Shown here piece after piece: positions 22,418-32,493 of a DNA stretch of 64,000 nt. A model generated the notes under the pieces. It saw nothing but the letters and a program-made list of their open reading frames with translations, ran no database searches and was not told the DNA's origin. Each line of letters begins with the position of its first letter. Positions within the stretch are counted from its first letter, which is position 1. This stretch comes from Desulfobacterales bacterium. GTDB taxonomy: Bacteria > Desulfobacterota > Desulfobacteria > Desulfobacterales > UBA2174. Position numbers and translations under genes: made by a program. Location: NCBI GenBank assembly GCA_963668645.2, contig CAXXWC010000001.1, positions 384,001 through 448,000 of the forward strand, in the 5' to 3' direction.

Positions 22418-22440
22418 GGGAAGGAAAAGGACATTCCGCC

Positions 22441-23478
22441 ATGCAGTTCATCAGACCTGACATCAACATTGATTTTATCGGAAAAAGACGCCTGGCGTAT
22501 CTTCTTTCAGCCCTGCTGCTGCTCGTCACCGTCATTACCCTCATCTGGCACAACGGACCGCGCTACGGCATCGACTTTGTCGGCGGCACGGTGGTTCAAA
22601 TCAAGTTCGACCGGTCGGTGCCCCTCGATGCCGTCCATAAGGGTCTGGCAGAGGCCGGCCTGGGCCGGAGCACGGTGCAGCGCTTCGGCGATCACGCGGA
22701 CAACGAATACCTGGTCCGCAGCGACCGGGCCGAAAACAGCGACGGTTTAGCCCAGCAGCTGAGCCAGGCCCTCGGCCGGACAACCAATGCCGGGGTCGAT
22801 GTCCAGCGCGTCGAGATGGTGGGCCCCCAGGTGGGCAAGGATCTGCGCAACAAGGCGCTTTTTGCCATCTTCTTTTCAATGCTGTTTATCGCCATTTACA
22901 TCAGCGGCCGCTTCGAGCAGCGCTGGACGGTGGCCGCCCTCATCGCCGGCGCCCTGATCGGTGCGGTATACGGTCTTTCCCTGTTCAACGTGAGCATCGC
23001 AGGACTTATTTTGGCCGGCCTGATCGTCACGCTGGTCCTTTTCTGGTTTCTCGAGCTGCGCTACGCCATGGGGGCCATCGTCGCGCTGATCCATGATGTG
23101 GGCATCACCATCGGTGTCTTTTCGCTGATGGACAAGGAATTCACCTTGCCGATCATCGCGGCCCTGCTCACCATCATCGGCTATTCGCTCAACGACACGA
23201 TCATCGTGTTCGACCGGATTCGCGAAAACATTCGCAAACACCCGCGCAACCCATTGGAATCCACCGTCAACCGAAGCGTCAATGAAACCTTGAGCCGCAC
23301 GCTGCTCACTTCGGGCACCACCCTGGTGGTCGTGATCGCCCTTTTCGTGCTCGGTGGCGGGATCATCCATGACTTTGCCTTCGCGCTCTTGGTCGGGATC
23401 TTGGTGGGCACCTACTCGTCGATCTACGTTGCCAGTCCGATTCTGCTGCTCTGGCAGAGGCGCACCCGACGCGCCTGA
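22441..23478 (+). CDS. secF: protein translocase subunit SecF
   Basis: GIDFVGG, VGPQVG, GYSLNDTIIVFDRIRE, GTYSSIYVA. Confidence 0.96.
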   Translation: MQFIRPDINIDFIGKRRLAYLLSALLLLVTVITLIWHNGPRYGIDFVGGTVVQIKFDRSVPLDAVHKGLAEAGLGRSTVQRFGDHADNEYLVRSDRAENSDGLAQQLSQALGRTTNAGVDVQRVEMVGPQVGKDLRNKALFAIFFSMLFIAIYISGRFEQRWTVAALIAGALIGAVYGLSLFNVSIAGLILAGLIVTLVLFWFLELRYAMGAIVALIHDVGITIGVFSLMDKEFTLPIIAALLTIIGYSLNDTIIVFDRIRENIRKHPRNPLESTVNRSVNETLSRTLLTSGTTLVVVIALFVLGGGIIHDFAFALLVGILVGTYSSIYVASPILLLWQRRTRRA

Positions 23479-23547
23479 GTCCCGGCCGGGCCGTACTCCC
23501 CGGCAACCCGACCCGCCGATCGACCGGGCAAGTCATCCGGAGGCGGC

Positions 23548-24630
23548 ATGGACGCACTGTTGCCCTGGTTCACGCTGAAATCGGTATCGGGCGTCGGACC
23601 GCATCTGTTCAAACGCCTGCTGGAGCACTTCGCCTCGCCGGCCGCCGTGCTGGCAGCACCGGCGGCCGTGCTGGAATCGGTCCCCGGCGTCTCCCGGAAT
23701 CTGGCCAGGGCCATTGCCAATCAGCGGGAAGCGGTAGATGTCAGAACCGAAATTCAGGCCGCCGCTGCCGCCGGAGTGCGGATTCTGACGATGGATCATC
23801 TGGAGTATCCTTCGTTGCTGCGAGAAATTCCCGATCCGCCGCCCTGGCTCTACGTAAAGGGGCAGTTGCTCCCCTGTGATCTGCCCATCGCCATGGTGGG
23901 GGCCCGCACCGCCACCAATTACGGCTTGACCACAGCCCAGGGGCTGGCCGCGGATCTGGCTGCCAGCGGTGCGACGATCGTCAGCGGGCTGGCCCTGGGA
24001 ATCGATGCGGCCGCCCACCAGGGAGCCCTGCAGGCCGGCGGGCGGACCGTGGCGGTTTTGGGCAGCGGGTTGGGTTGCATCTATCCACCGGAGAACCGTG
24101 CGTTGGCCGAACGGATCGCAAACAGCGGCGCCTTGATCAGTGAGCTGGCGATGCACAGCGGACCGGATGCTCATCATTTTCCGCGTCGCAACCGGATCAT
24201 CAGCGGAATGAGCCGTGGAACGGTGGTGGTCGAGGCCGGACTGCGCAGCGGGGCCTTGATAACGGCCCGCCTGGCGGCCGAGCAGAATCGCGAAGTCTTT
24301 GCCGTGCCCGGCAGCATCCGCTCGTATAAAAGTGCAGGCACGCATCATCTGATTCGCCAGGGAGCCAAGCTGGTGGCCCATGCGCGTGACATTCTCGAAG
24401 AGTTCGCCCACTGGCCGGCTCCCTCCAGTGCACCGCCGGACAAGACGGCCGGCCTGTCCATTGAGGCAAAAACGGTGCTGGCAGCCCTTGAGGTCTACCC
24501 GGTACACATCGACGCTTTGGCACGGCGTCTCGATCTGCCGGCCGGTACGCTTGCAGGATATCTATTGGAGCTGGAGATCAACGGGTTGGCAGTGCAGTGG
24601 CCCGGCAAGCGTTTTGCCCGGCAGACTTGA
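23548..24630 (+). CDS. dprA: DNA-processing protein DprA
   Basis: IVSGLALGIDAAAH, FPRRNRIISG, SGALITA, REVFAVPG; precedes topA. Confidence 0.96.
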   Translation: MDALLPWFTLKSVSGVGPHLFKRLLEHFASPAAVLAAPAAVLESVPGVSRNLARAIANQREAVDVRTEIQAAAAAGVRILTMDHLEYPSLLREIPDPPPWLYVKGQLLPCDLPIAMVGARTATNYGLTTAQGLAADLAASGATIVSGLALGIDAAAHQGALQAGGRTVAVLGSGLGCIYPPENRALAERIANSGALISELAMHSGPDAHHFPRRNRIISGMSRGTVVVEAGLRSGALITARLAAEQNREVFAVPGSIRSYKSAGTHHLIRQGAKLVAHARDILEEFAHWPAPSSAPPDKTAGLSIEAKTVLAALEVYPVHIDALARRLDLPAGTLAGYLLELEINGLAVQWPGKRFARQT

Positions 24631-24781
24631 CGCCAGATGCCAGGATCGCCATCTTGCCCCCCATCGACCTCGATGATCATGCCGAATCGAGGCTGAAACA
24701 GACCCCAAGCCGTGAATCCTTTGGGTCAGAGGCCCTTGGAGTCATTGACGTGGACCCGAACATGAATATCGGAGCTTTATC

Positions 24782-27103
24782 GTGACCAAACCGCTCGTCG
24801 TTGTTGAATCGCCCACCAAAGTCCGCACATTGAAAAAATATTTAGGTAAAGACTTTAACGTAGCCGCCACCGTTGGCCATATCAAGGACTTGCCGCTGCG
24901 CGAAATCGGCATCGACATCGAAAACGGATTCACCCCGGTCTACCAGACCATCGCCGGCAAGCAAAAAGTGATCGGAGCCCTTAAAAAGGCCGCCGGCGAT
25001 ACAACGGAAGTCTATCTGGCACCGGACCCGGACCGCGAAGGGGAGGCCATCGCCTGGCATACCGCCGATGTCCTGAAAAAAAAGGGCCGCCAATTCCACC
25101 GGGTCCTCTTTCACGAACTGACCGGAGGAGCGATCCGCGAGGCCATGCACCGCCCCCTGCCGCTCAACGCCGCCAAATACGATGCCCAGCAGACCCGGCG
25201 CATCCTGGACCGGCTGGTGGGATACCAGATTTCCCCCCTGCTCTGGCGCAAGGTCAAGGGCGGTCTGAGCGCCGGGCGGGTCCAGTCGGTTGCCGTGCGT
25301 ATCATCTGTGAGCGTGAGCGGGCCATCCAGGCTTTCGAACCCCAGGAATACTGGTCGATCAGCGCCGATTTGGCGGCAAAGGCAGACGCTTCTTCCGGCG
25401 CTGATGAGACGCTCTTTTCAGCCAAGCTGGTCAAAAAGCTTGATCGCAAGATCGAAATTCCCGATGAGCAAAGCGCACTCCAGATCCTCAAAGAATTGGA
25501 CGGCGCCGCCTTTACGGTGGCCAAGGTGGTCAAGAAGACGGTGCGGCGCAATCCCCTGCCCCCGTTCATCACCAGCAAGCTCCAGCAGGAAGCGATCCAA
25601 AAGCTGCGTTTTTCTGCCAAAAAGACCATGAGCGTGGCCCAGCAACTCTACGAGGGAATCGACATCGGCGACGGTGAGCCCGAGGGGCTGATTACCTACA
25701 TGCGCACCGACTCGACCAGGATCTCGGCCGAGGCCGCCGCCGAGGCCCTGACCCTGATCCGTGACCGTTTCGGGGAGCGATACACCATCGCCAAACCGAG
25801 GGCTTTTCCCAACAAGAACAAGGCCCAGGACGCCCACGAGGCCATTCGCCCCACCTCGGTGGCCAACACCCCGGAAAAGCTTGCCCCTCATCTGAATGCC
25901 GACCAGCTGAACCTCTACCGCCTGATCTGGCAGCGTTTCGTCGCCTCCCAAATGGCCCAGGCACTCATCGATCAGAATTCGGTCACCATCGCTGCCCGTG
26001 ATTACCGATTTGCCGCCAGCGGTTCATCCATCCGCTTTGCAGGCTTCATGGCCCTGTACCTGAGTGTCGAGGAGAGCGACGCCCAGAGCCGTGAGGGGCA
26101 AGGCTCGATGCTGCCCGAACTGACCGAGGGCCAGGCCTTGACCCTGCGCCGCCTCGACCCCAAACAGCATTTCACCCAGCCCCCGCCCCGTTTCTCCGAG
26201 GCCTCGCTGGTCAAAGAGCTGGAGGAAAACGGTATCGGCCGCCCCAGCACCTATGCCGCCATCCTGGGCACGATCCGGGAAAAAGGGTACGTGGAAATGC
26301 TCAAGGGCTATTTTCGGCCCACCGAACTCGGATTCATTGTCAACGATCTGCTGGTGGCCAATTTCACCGATATCTTCGGTGTCGATTTCACCGCCCGCAT
26401 GGAGGACAATCTGGACCGCATAGAAGCGGCTGAGATCAACTCCCTCAGTGTACTGGAGGGGTTTTACGGCCAGTTCAAGGACGATCTGGGCAAGGCCGCC
26501 GAAGGGATGTTGAGCATGCGCGGCATCGGTATGCCGGTAGACCTGACCTGTCCGGAATGCGGGCAGGGGCAGATTCACATCAAGGTGGGCAAAAACGGTG
26601 AGTACCTGGCCTGCGACCGCTACCCCAAATGCCGCTACACCCGCAACTACACCCGCGATGAAAAAGGGCGCATCCAGCCGGTGGATCCGCAGACGGATGC
26701 CGACTCGGATGCGGTTTGCGAAAAATGCGGCCGGCCCATGCGCATCCGCGAAGGCCGATTCGGGCCTTTTCTGGCGTGCAGCGGTTATCCCGAGTGCCGC
26801 CATACCGCATCACTTAGCGGTCCGGCTAATGCGGCCGCCACCGGCGTCGCCTGCCCGCAACCGGGCTGCAGCGGCGAGTTGGTAGGGCGAAAATCCAAAC
26901 GCGGCAAAGCCTTCTACGGTTGCAGCCGCTACCCGGATTGCGACTACGCCATCTGGGACAAGCCGGTCCCGGTCGGCTGCCCCGTCTGCGGCGCCCCCTT
27001 TCTGGTGGAGCGCACCACCAAGAAGGACGGCACCTTTCTGGCCTGCCTCAACCGCAGCTGCGGCCATCGCCAGCCCGTCGAGACACCTTCTGCCAAGGAC
27101 TGA
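24782..27103 (+). CDS. topA: type I DNA topoisomerase
   Basis: VVVESPTK, DPDREGEAIAWH, SAGRVQS, LITYMRTDS, GIGRPSTYA, C-terminal zinc ribbons. Confidence 0.98.
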   Translation: MTKPLVVVESPTKVRTLKKYLGKDFNVAATVGHIKDLPLREIGIDIENGFTPVYQTIAGKQKVIGALKKAAGDTTEVYLAPDPDREGEAIAWHTADVLKKKGRQFHRVLFHELTGGAIREAMHRPLPLNAAKYDAQQTRRILDRLVGYQISPLLWRKVKGGLSAGRVQSVAVRIICERERAIQAFEPQEYWSISADLAAKADASSGADETLFSAKLVKKLDRKIEIPDEQSALQILKELDGAAFTVAKVVKKTVRRNPLPPFITSKLQQEAIQKLRFSAKKTMSVAQQLYEGIDIGDGEPEGLITYMRTDSTRISAEAAAEALTLIRDRFGERYTIAKPRAFPNKNKAQDAHEAIRPTSVANTPEKLAPHLNADQLNLYRLIWQRFVASQMAQALIDQNSVTIAARDYRFAASGSSIRFAGFMALYLSVEESDAQSREGQGSMLPELTEGQALTLRRLDPKQHFTQPPPRFSEASLVKELEENGIGRPSTYAAILGTIREKGYVEMLKGYFRPTELGFIVNDLLVANFTDIFGVDFTARMEDNLDRIEAAEINSLSVLEGFYGQFKDDLGKAAEGMLSMRGIGMPVDLTCPECGQGQIHIKVGKNGEYLACDRYPKCRYTRNYTRDEKGRIQPVDPQTDADSDAVCEKCGRPMRIREGRFGPFLACSGYPECRHTASLSGPANAAATGVACPQPGCSGELVGRKSKRGKAFYGCSRYPDCDYAIWDKPVPVGCPVCGAPFLVERTTKKDGTFLACLNRSCGHRQPVETPSAKD

Positions 27104-27179
27104 GGGCAGCTCTGGAGCCCACGGTCGGTTGCCGGGACGATTGCCCCAATCCGCCGCGGCGTTTTCGCAGGCCGCCTTT

Positions 27180-28703
27180 TTATGGATCGAGATTGGACAG
27201 GCGCGTCAGCCCGTAACGCTGGCGCACCTCGGCGTCCACCGCCGCCTGATTGCCCGGATCGAGGTAGATCCGAAAAGGCGGCTGGTCGATCTCGATGCGA
27301 TGAAACCCTCCCAAAGGGGCCTCTAACGCCGGGGAGACGTCATCGAGACGATGGATGGGCCGGTCGTTAATCCGGACCACCACCGCATTGGCGATCTGCT
27401 CGTAGCCGATGGTGGCCGAAATGGGCAGCACGGCATTGAGCACCACTATCTTTTCACCGGCCGGACGCCGCAGGGCATACTGATTCTCATAAAAGTAAAG
27501 CAGATGGATCGGTGCGTTGACGATCCAGTCAACGCCGAAATCCATTAAAAAGGGAACGGATAATTCCTGCAGGACCAGGCCGCTGAGCACGTAGTAGCGT
27601 GGCGGCCGGTCATGGCGGTAGGGCGGCACCAGGAGGTCTTCGCTTTGCGGGTGGGCCAGGCGCACAAGCACCTGGTGGGGGCGCCCCTGGCGGCTCAAGG
27701 TAAAACGCACCACGTCACCCACCTGGTAGCCGCAGCGAATCAGATGCGTGATCCCGATACGCCCCAACTGTGAATCGAGGTAGAACCCGCGGCTGTCCAC
27801 GGCATGATCATCGATGGCGACAAGCACGTCGCCGGCCTGAATCGCGGCCCGATCCGCCGGGCTGCCCGCCAAGAGATTCTCGACCATGACCCCGCGGCCA
27901 TCCTGTGGCAACCCGGCCCAGCGCCGCAGCTGGGGATCATCGGTGGGCACCGAACGGATCCCGGAAACGGGAAATCCGTCGTAGCGGCCGTCGGCGATAT
28001 CGTCGAGAAAATGAGTGATGAGGGGCGCCGGGGTCGCATCCAGGGTTTGGCCCCGGTCCTCGCCGGGTCTTAACAGGCCTGCCAGCCGCCCCGCACGCAC
28101 CACCGGCAGGGTCAGATTGCCCTGCCGGTCGAGCGTCGAGCCGTTTAGGCGGTAAACCAGGAACTGGTTGCCGTACGGGTAGTCTCCCAACTCGATGTTC
28201 TCGACTGTGGCCGAACTGGCGATGATCCGCCCTCCGGGCTGAACTTGGAGCACGGAAAGCCGGTCTTGCAGCTGAATCCTCTCTGCCACGGCCAGGCCAT
28301 GCATACCGTCCATGAAACCCGGCTCTTTGCAGGCCAGCAGCGCCAGGTCCGCCTCGTAGTCCACCGCCACCACCGCAGCCCGGCATTTGACTCCGCTGTC
28401 GATCTTCTCAAGCTCGACAAAACGGTGATCGGCCACCGTTCCGGCGCTGACCAGCACGCGGCCATCCAATAGAACCGCCCCCACAGCCGAAACGCTCTGG
28501 GTCGGTTCAGGCTGCCAGGGCCGATGGTTGTAAAAGGCCTGGCGGGTAACGTTGACCCTCAGCAGGCAGCTTTCCAAAAACGGAGGCGCACCGCCTCCCG
28601 AACCGATCATCGCGGTCCGGCAACAGGCCGTGGTCATCAGCACCAGCGATGCCAGAACCAACGCCATGCCCTTTTTCACTGGCATCGAGTGGGACTCTGT
28701 CAT
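27180..28703 (-). CDS. Deg/HtrA-like trypsin-PDZ protein, probably catalytically inactive
   Basis: Paralogous to the adjacent protease (ADLALL, DGRYDG, PDZ, YYVLSGLVLQEL), but the His motif reads VSAGTV and the Ser motif reads QGNLTLP. Confidence 0.75.
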   Translation of the reverse strand: MTESHSMPVKKGMALVLASLVLMTTACCRTAMIGSGGGAPPFLESCLLRVNVTRQAFYNHRPWQPEPTQSVSAVGAVLLDGRVLVSAGTVADHRFVELEKIDSGVKCRAAVVAVDYEADLALLACKEPGFMDGMHGLAVAERIQLQDRLSVLQVQPGGRIIASSATVENIELGDYPYGNQFLVYRLNGSTLDRQGNLTLPVVRAGRLAGLLRPGEDRGQTLDATPAPLITHFLDDIADGRYDGFPVSGIRSVPTDDPQLRRWAGLPQDGRGVMVENLLAGSPADRAAIQAGDVLVAIDDHAVDSRGFYLDSQLGRIGITHLIRCGYQVGDVVRFTLSRQGRPHQVLVRLAHPQSEDLLVPPYRHDRPPRYYVLSGLVLQELSVPFLMDFGVDWIVNAPIHLLYFYENQYALRRPAGEKIVVLNAVLPISATIGYEQIANAVVVRINDRPIHRLDDVSPALEAPLGGFHRIEIDQPPFRIYLDPGNQAAVDAEVRQRYGLTRLSNLDP

Positions 28704-30211
28704 GGGTGCGTCCCTCCTTCGGCCCAGGTCTCCGGTACGATTCCGTCCACCAGGCGAACCTCCCCGTGAATTCCGTATTCCTCGGATATGCGTTCGCGGC
28801 TGGCGGCAGCGGCATCCGCGTCGACGACCAGCGGCCGCCCGTTGCCCAGCAGGCGAATGACATGCGGATTGACCGGGGCTTCGAGAAGAGCCTTGAGCTG
28901 CGCCAAGCCGCGCACCGGATGGCCGTCCACCGAATCGACGATCCCATGTGAAAATTGACTTAAGTAGCGGTTGGCCGGATCGGTGAGGACCTTGCCAATC
29001 ACCACCACCTCGGGCCGCTCCAGGTAGAGGTCCCGGGTCAGAAACTGGCTGTAGTAGTAAAGCAGGTTGATATCGCGGGTCTGGGCCGAGAGCATGAAGT
29101 CGTGGCTCAACGGCTGGAAAACGATCCCGGCCCAGATCACATATCGCGGTTTGACCCCATAGCGCCGGGCCTGCATCAAATAGGGCCAGGGACTGTTGAG
29201 CGGCACCTGGACGGTAAGCCGGCGGCCCTGGCGCAGAATTTCAAGCTCGACACTGTCGCCTTTGAACTTGCGTTCCACCACCTCATTGAGCAGAACGCGC
29301 TCTGCGTCCATGAGCACATGCCCGTCGGCGAAAATCGGTAGGCCGTCGATGGTCAGAAGCACATCTTCCGGGCGCAGCAGTCCGTAGGCGGTCGAAGCGC
29401 GCATCACCCCGGCCACCAGTACCCCTTCGTGGCCCGGCCCCAGCCCGACGGCGCGTCGCAAGGTGGGATTGATCAAGGGGAACGAATAGATGCCCAGATC
29501 GACGTACCGATCGTAGCGACCGTCGGTCACATCGCTAAGAAAGCGTTGAATCACAGGAGTCGGAATCATGTAGCCGACGTTCTGGGCCGTCTGGCCCGTA
29601 AAGACCTGAAACGCCACCCCCACAACGGATTGATCCTGAAGTACCGGCCCGCCGCTGTTGCCCGGGTTGATGGGGGCATCGATCTGGATCGCCAGGTGGG
29701 CGTCCACCCCGGAGTGGCTGTAAGTCTGGAAATCGATGCGCGAAACCACGCCACGGGTGACCGAAAGGCGTTCCCCGCCGATGGGATACCCGATCACACC
29801 CACGGTGGAATTCAGGGCCGGCACTCCGCCAAAGCTCAAGGGCAGCGTATCTTGAAAAAATTGTGGGTCGTCGACGGCCAGCAGCGCCAGGTCGCAATCA
29901 TGGGCGATAAATTCAACCCGCGCCTCGTAACGGCGCGGGTCGCCGTCCTTTTCTATCACGATCATCCGGGCGTCGCTGACGACATGGGCGTTGGTCAATA
30001 TCCGGTTTTGGGCGATAAGAAATCCGCTGCCCGTTCCGCTGATGATATCTCCCGGGCCCCATGGGACAGCGTAGTTGGGTTGCTGGCTGATCACGTTGAC
30101 GCGCACCAGGGCTTTGCGAACCTGGCCCATATCTAAAGGCTGCGCACCGGCCGAAACAGCCGTCATGCCCGTGATACAAAGGATACCGATCCAGACCGAA
30201 ATACGTTTCAT
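28700..30211 (-). CDS. Deg/HtrA-family serine protease with PDZ domains (resembles plant Deg2/Deg9)
   Basis: Signal peptide; GSGF, ILTNAHVV, CDLALL, GYPIGG, QIDAPINPGNSGGP; start taken at MKRISVW. Confidence 0.9.
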   Translation of the reverse strand: MKRISVWIGILCITGMTAVSAGAQPLDMGQVRKALVRVNVISQQPNYAVPWGPGDIISGTGSGFLIAQNRILTNAHVVSDARMIVIEKDGDPRRYEARVEFIAHDCDLALLAVDDPQFFQDTLPLSFGGVPALNSTVGVIGYPIGGERLSVTRGVVSRIDFQTYSHSGVDAHLAIQIDAPINPGNSGGPVLQDQSVVGVAFQVFTGQTAQNVGYMIPTPVIQRFLSDVTDGRYDRYVDLGIYSFPLINPTLRRAVGLGPGHEGVLVAGVMRASTAYGLLRPEDVLLTIDGLPIFADGHVLMDAERVLLNEVVERKFKGDSVELEILRQGRRLTVQVPLNSPWPYLMQARRYGVKPRYVIWAGIVFQPLSHDFMLSAQTRDINLLYYYSQFLTRDLYLERPEVVVIGKVLTDPANRYLSQFSHGIVDSVDGHPVRGLAQLKALLEAPVNPHVIRLLGNGRPLVVDADAAAASRERISEEYGIHGEVRLVDGIVPETWAEGGTHP

Positions 30212-30322
30212 AGACACCATCGCCAGACGTTGAATCTTGCCGGAACTCTCCACTTGGGTGCCTTTCTCTTTACTACGCGCTTGACCGCCGGACAAGAGGC
30301 CAAGCAGTAATCATGCAAGCGT

Positions 30323-30351
30323 TTGACAGGAACCTGGCTTTTGCCTAAGCT
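30323..30351 (+). promoter_or_regulatory. putative sigma70 promoter of ilvD
   Basis: TTGACA-N17-TAAGCT. Confidence 0.55.
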
Positions 30352-30443
30352 AAAGTCGTTTATTTGTATCCACCCGCTTTTGCGGACTCGACAACCACAG
30401 CCCGACTCGATCCATTGAGCCGCCATCCCCAAGGAGATGTACC

Positions 30444-32213
30444 ATGGCAGTCAAAAAATCCGCCAAAGGAACCCGCCCGACCCAGGTCAATGCCGGCATC
30501 GATGCATTGCGCCGTAAAGGCAGCCGGATCGTCACCGAAGGGGCCCCCATGCTGCCGGCGGCATCCCTGATCAAGGCCTCCGGAGCAATTCGCAAGTTCG
30601 CGGATCTCAAAAAGCCTTTCGTCACCGTCGTCAACAGCTACACCACCCAGATCCCGGGCCACGCCCACCTGCATCACCTGGGAGAAGTCGCCTGCCAGGA
30701 ACTGCGCCGTCAAGGGTTCAACGTCTGGTATGCCAACATCGGCGGTGCCATCTGCGACGGCATCGCCATGGGCCATTTCGGCATGAAGTACTCGTTGCCG
30801 AGCCGGGAGCTGATCTGCGACCAGATCGAAAGCCTCCTGACGGCCCATCCTTGCGACGGGTGGCTGGGGATCGGCAACTGCGACAAGATCGTTCCGGCGA
30901 TGTACAACGCCATGGTACGCATCAATATTCCGGCGGTTTACGTCTCGGGCGGTCCTATGCTGGCAGGCGCCTCCGGTGCGGACCTGATCTCGGTCTTTGA
31001 AGGTGTCGGGGCCCATGCAGCAGGCAAGATTCCGACCAGTACCCTGCGCCGGTTGGCCGAAACCAGCTGCCCGGGCTGCGGATCCTGCGCCGGGATGTTC
31101 ACCGCCAATTCCATGAACTGCCTGGGCGAAGTGGTGGGTCTGGCCCTGCCGGGCAACGGCACCGTGACCGCCGAAATCTGGGCCGACCGCCAGCGCACCC
31201 GCACCAAACCCAACCCGCGCCGCGAACGGATCGTGCGTGACGCCGCCCGCATGCTTAAACGATGTGTCAAAGGCGGACTGCGGCCCCTGGACATCGTCAA
31301 CCGCCAGGCGATTGACAATGCATTTGTGGCCGACATGGCCATGGGGGGCAGTACCAACACCGTGCTGCACACCCTGGCCCTGGCCGCCGAGGCGGGAGTC
31401 GCCTACGACCTTGAACGCATCAACCGCATTGCCGCCCGCACCCCGTGCATCTGCAAGGTTTCGCCGTCACGGCCCGAGGTGCACATCGAGGATGTTCAAC
31501 GGGCCGGAGGGCTTCCCACGATCCTGGCCGAAATCCATCGCGGCGCCCAAAGCGGCCTCGACCTGGATACGCGTACGGTTTACGGCCGGCTTAAGGATGC
31601 GGTGGAGTCCGCCCGCGCCCCGGACGGCGACATCATCCGGCCGGTGGACCAGGCCTTCAGCCCCAACGGTGGGCTGGCGGTCCTCTTCGGCAACCTGGCG
31701 CCGGCCGGGGCGGTTGTCAAAACCGCCGGGGTAGCCGAGGACATGATGCACTTCGAAGGGCCGGCCAGGATTTTCGAGTCCCAGGAAGCGGCCCTCAAGG
31801 GCATCCTGGGCGGCCGGGTCAAAAACGGCGACGTGGTGGTGATCCGTTTCGAGGGACCCAAAGGCGGTCCCGGAATGCAGGAGATGCTTTCGCCCACGGC
31901 CGCCATCCAAGGTGCCGGCATCCGTGCGGCCCTGATCACCGACGGCCGTTTTTCAGGAGGTACCCGCGGGTTGTGCGTCGGTCACATATCGCCCGAGGCG
32001 GCCGCCGGCGGACCTCTGGCCGCCGTTTACGAGGGGGATCTTATCGTCATTGACGCCCAGCAACGCCGGATTGACGTCAAGATTCCCGAAGACGAACTGG
32101 CCGCACGGATGCAGTCCCTGCCGCCCTTTACCCCTAAAGTGGCACGCGGCTGGCTGGCGCGCTACTCACAGCATGTCACCTCAGCGGATCAGGGAGCGGT
32201 GTTGGCCGTTTAA
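30444..32213 (+). CDS. ilvD: dihydroxy-acid dehydratase
   Basis: [52 protein letters not shown]. Confidence 0.96.
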   Translation: MAVKKSAKGTRPTQVNAGIDALRRKGSRIVTEGAPMLPAASLIKASGAIRKFADLKKPFVTVVNSYTTQIPGHAHLHHLGEVACQELRRQGFNVWYANIGGAICDGIAMGHFGMKYSLPSRELICDQIESLLTAHPCDGWLGIGNCDKIVPAMYNAMVRINIPAVYVSGGPMLAGASGADLISVFEGVGAHAAGKIPTSTLRRLAETSCPGCGSCAGMFTANSMNCLGEVVGLALPGNGTVTAEIWADRQRTRTKPNPRRERIVRDAARMLKRCVKGGLRPLDIVNRQAIDNAFVADMAMGGSTNTVLHTLALAAEAGVAYDLERINRIAARTPCICKVSPSRPEVHIEDVQRAGGLPTILAEIHRGAQSGLDLDTRTVYGRLKDAVESARAPDGDIIRPVDQAFSPNGGLAVLFGNLAPAGAVVKTAGVAEDMMHFEGPARIFESQEAALKGILGGRVKNGDVVVIRFEGPKGGPGMQEMLSPTAAIQGAGIRAALITDGRFSGGTRGLCVGHISPEAAAGGPLAAVYEGDLIVIDAQQRRIDVKIPEDELAARMQSLPPFTPKVARGWLARYSQHVTSADQGAVLAV

Positions 32214-32298
32214 CCCGGCTTTTGGATTTAGGGCTTGACTCGACTCGCACCTTTGCACTATAAGGGGCATTCAAACTTGATTTTTTGAAAGGTAAACA

Positions 32299-32394
32299 AT
32301 GCTCGGTCTTTCCATTATCATCCTCCTTCTTATTGGCGTCCTCGTAGGCATTATTAGCGCCTGCGAGGCACACCGGGGGCTGATAATGGCGTAG
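32299..32394 (+). CDS. ilv operon leader peptide MLGLSIIILLLIGVLVGIISACEAHRGLIMA (31 aa)
   Basis: Manual translation; Ile/Leu/Val-rich, AAAGG RBS, directly upstream of a terminator and ilvB. Confidence 0.85.
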   Translation: MLGLSIIILLLIGVLVGIISACEAHRGLIMA

Positions 32395-32460
32395 CAACCC
32401 ATTACCCGAAAAACAAAAGATCCGTTAGCGGCCCCCGAAACCGCTAACGGATTTTTTTTT
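32349..32460 (+). promoter_or_regulatory. ribosome-mediated transcription attenuator
   Basis: Protector CATTATTAGC/GCTGATAATG; antiterminator CGGGGGC..TAATGG with CCGTTA..GCCCCCG; terminator ATCCGTTAGCGG/CCGCTAACGGAT followed by a T-run. Confidence 0.85.
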
Positions 32461-32493
32461 GCACTTAACCGAACAAAAGGGTGGGAACGAAAC

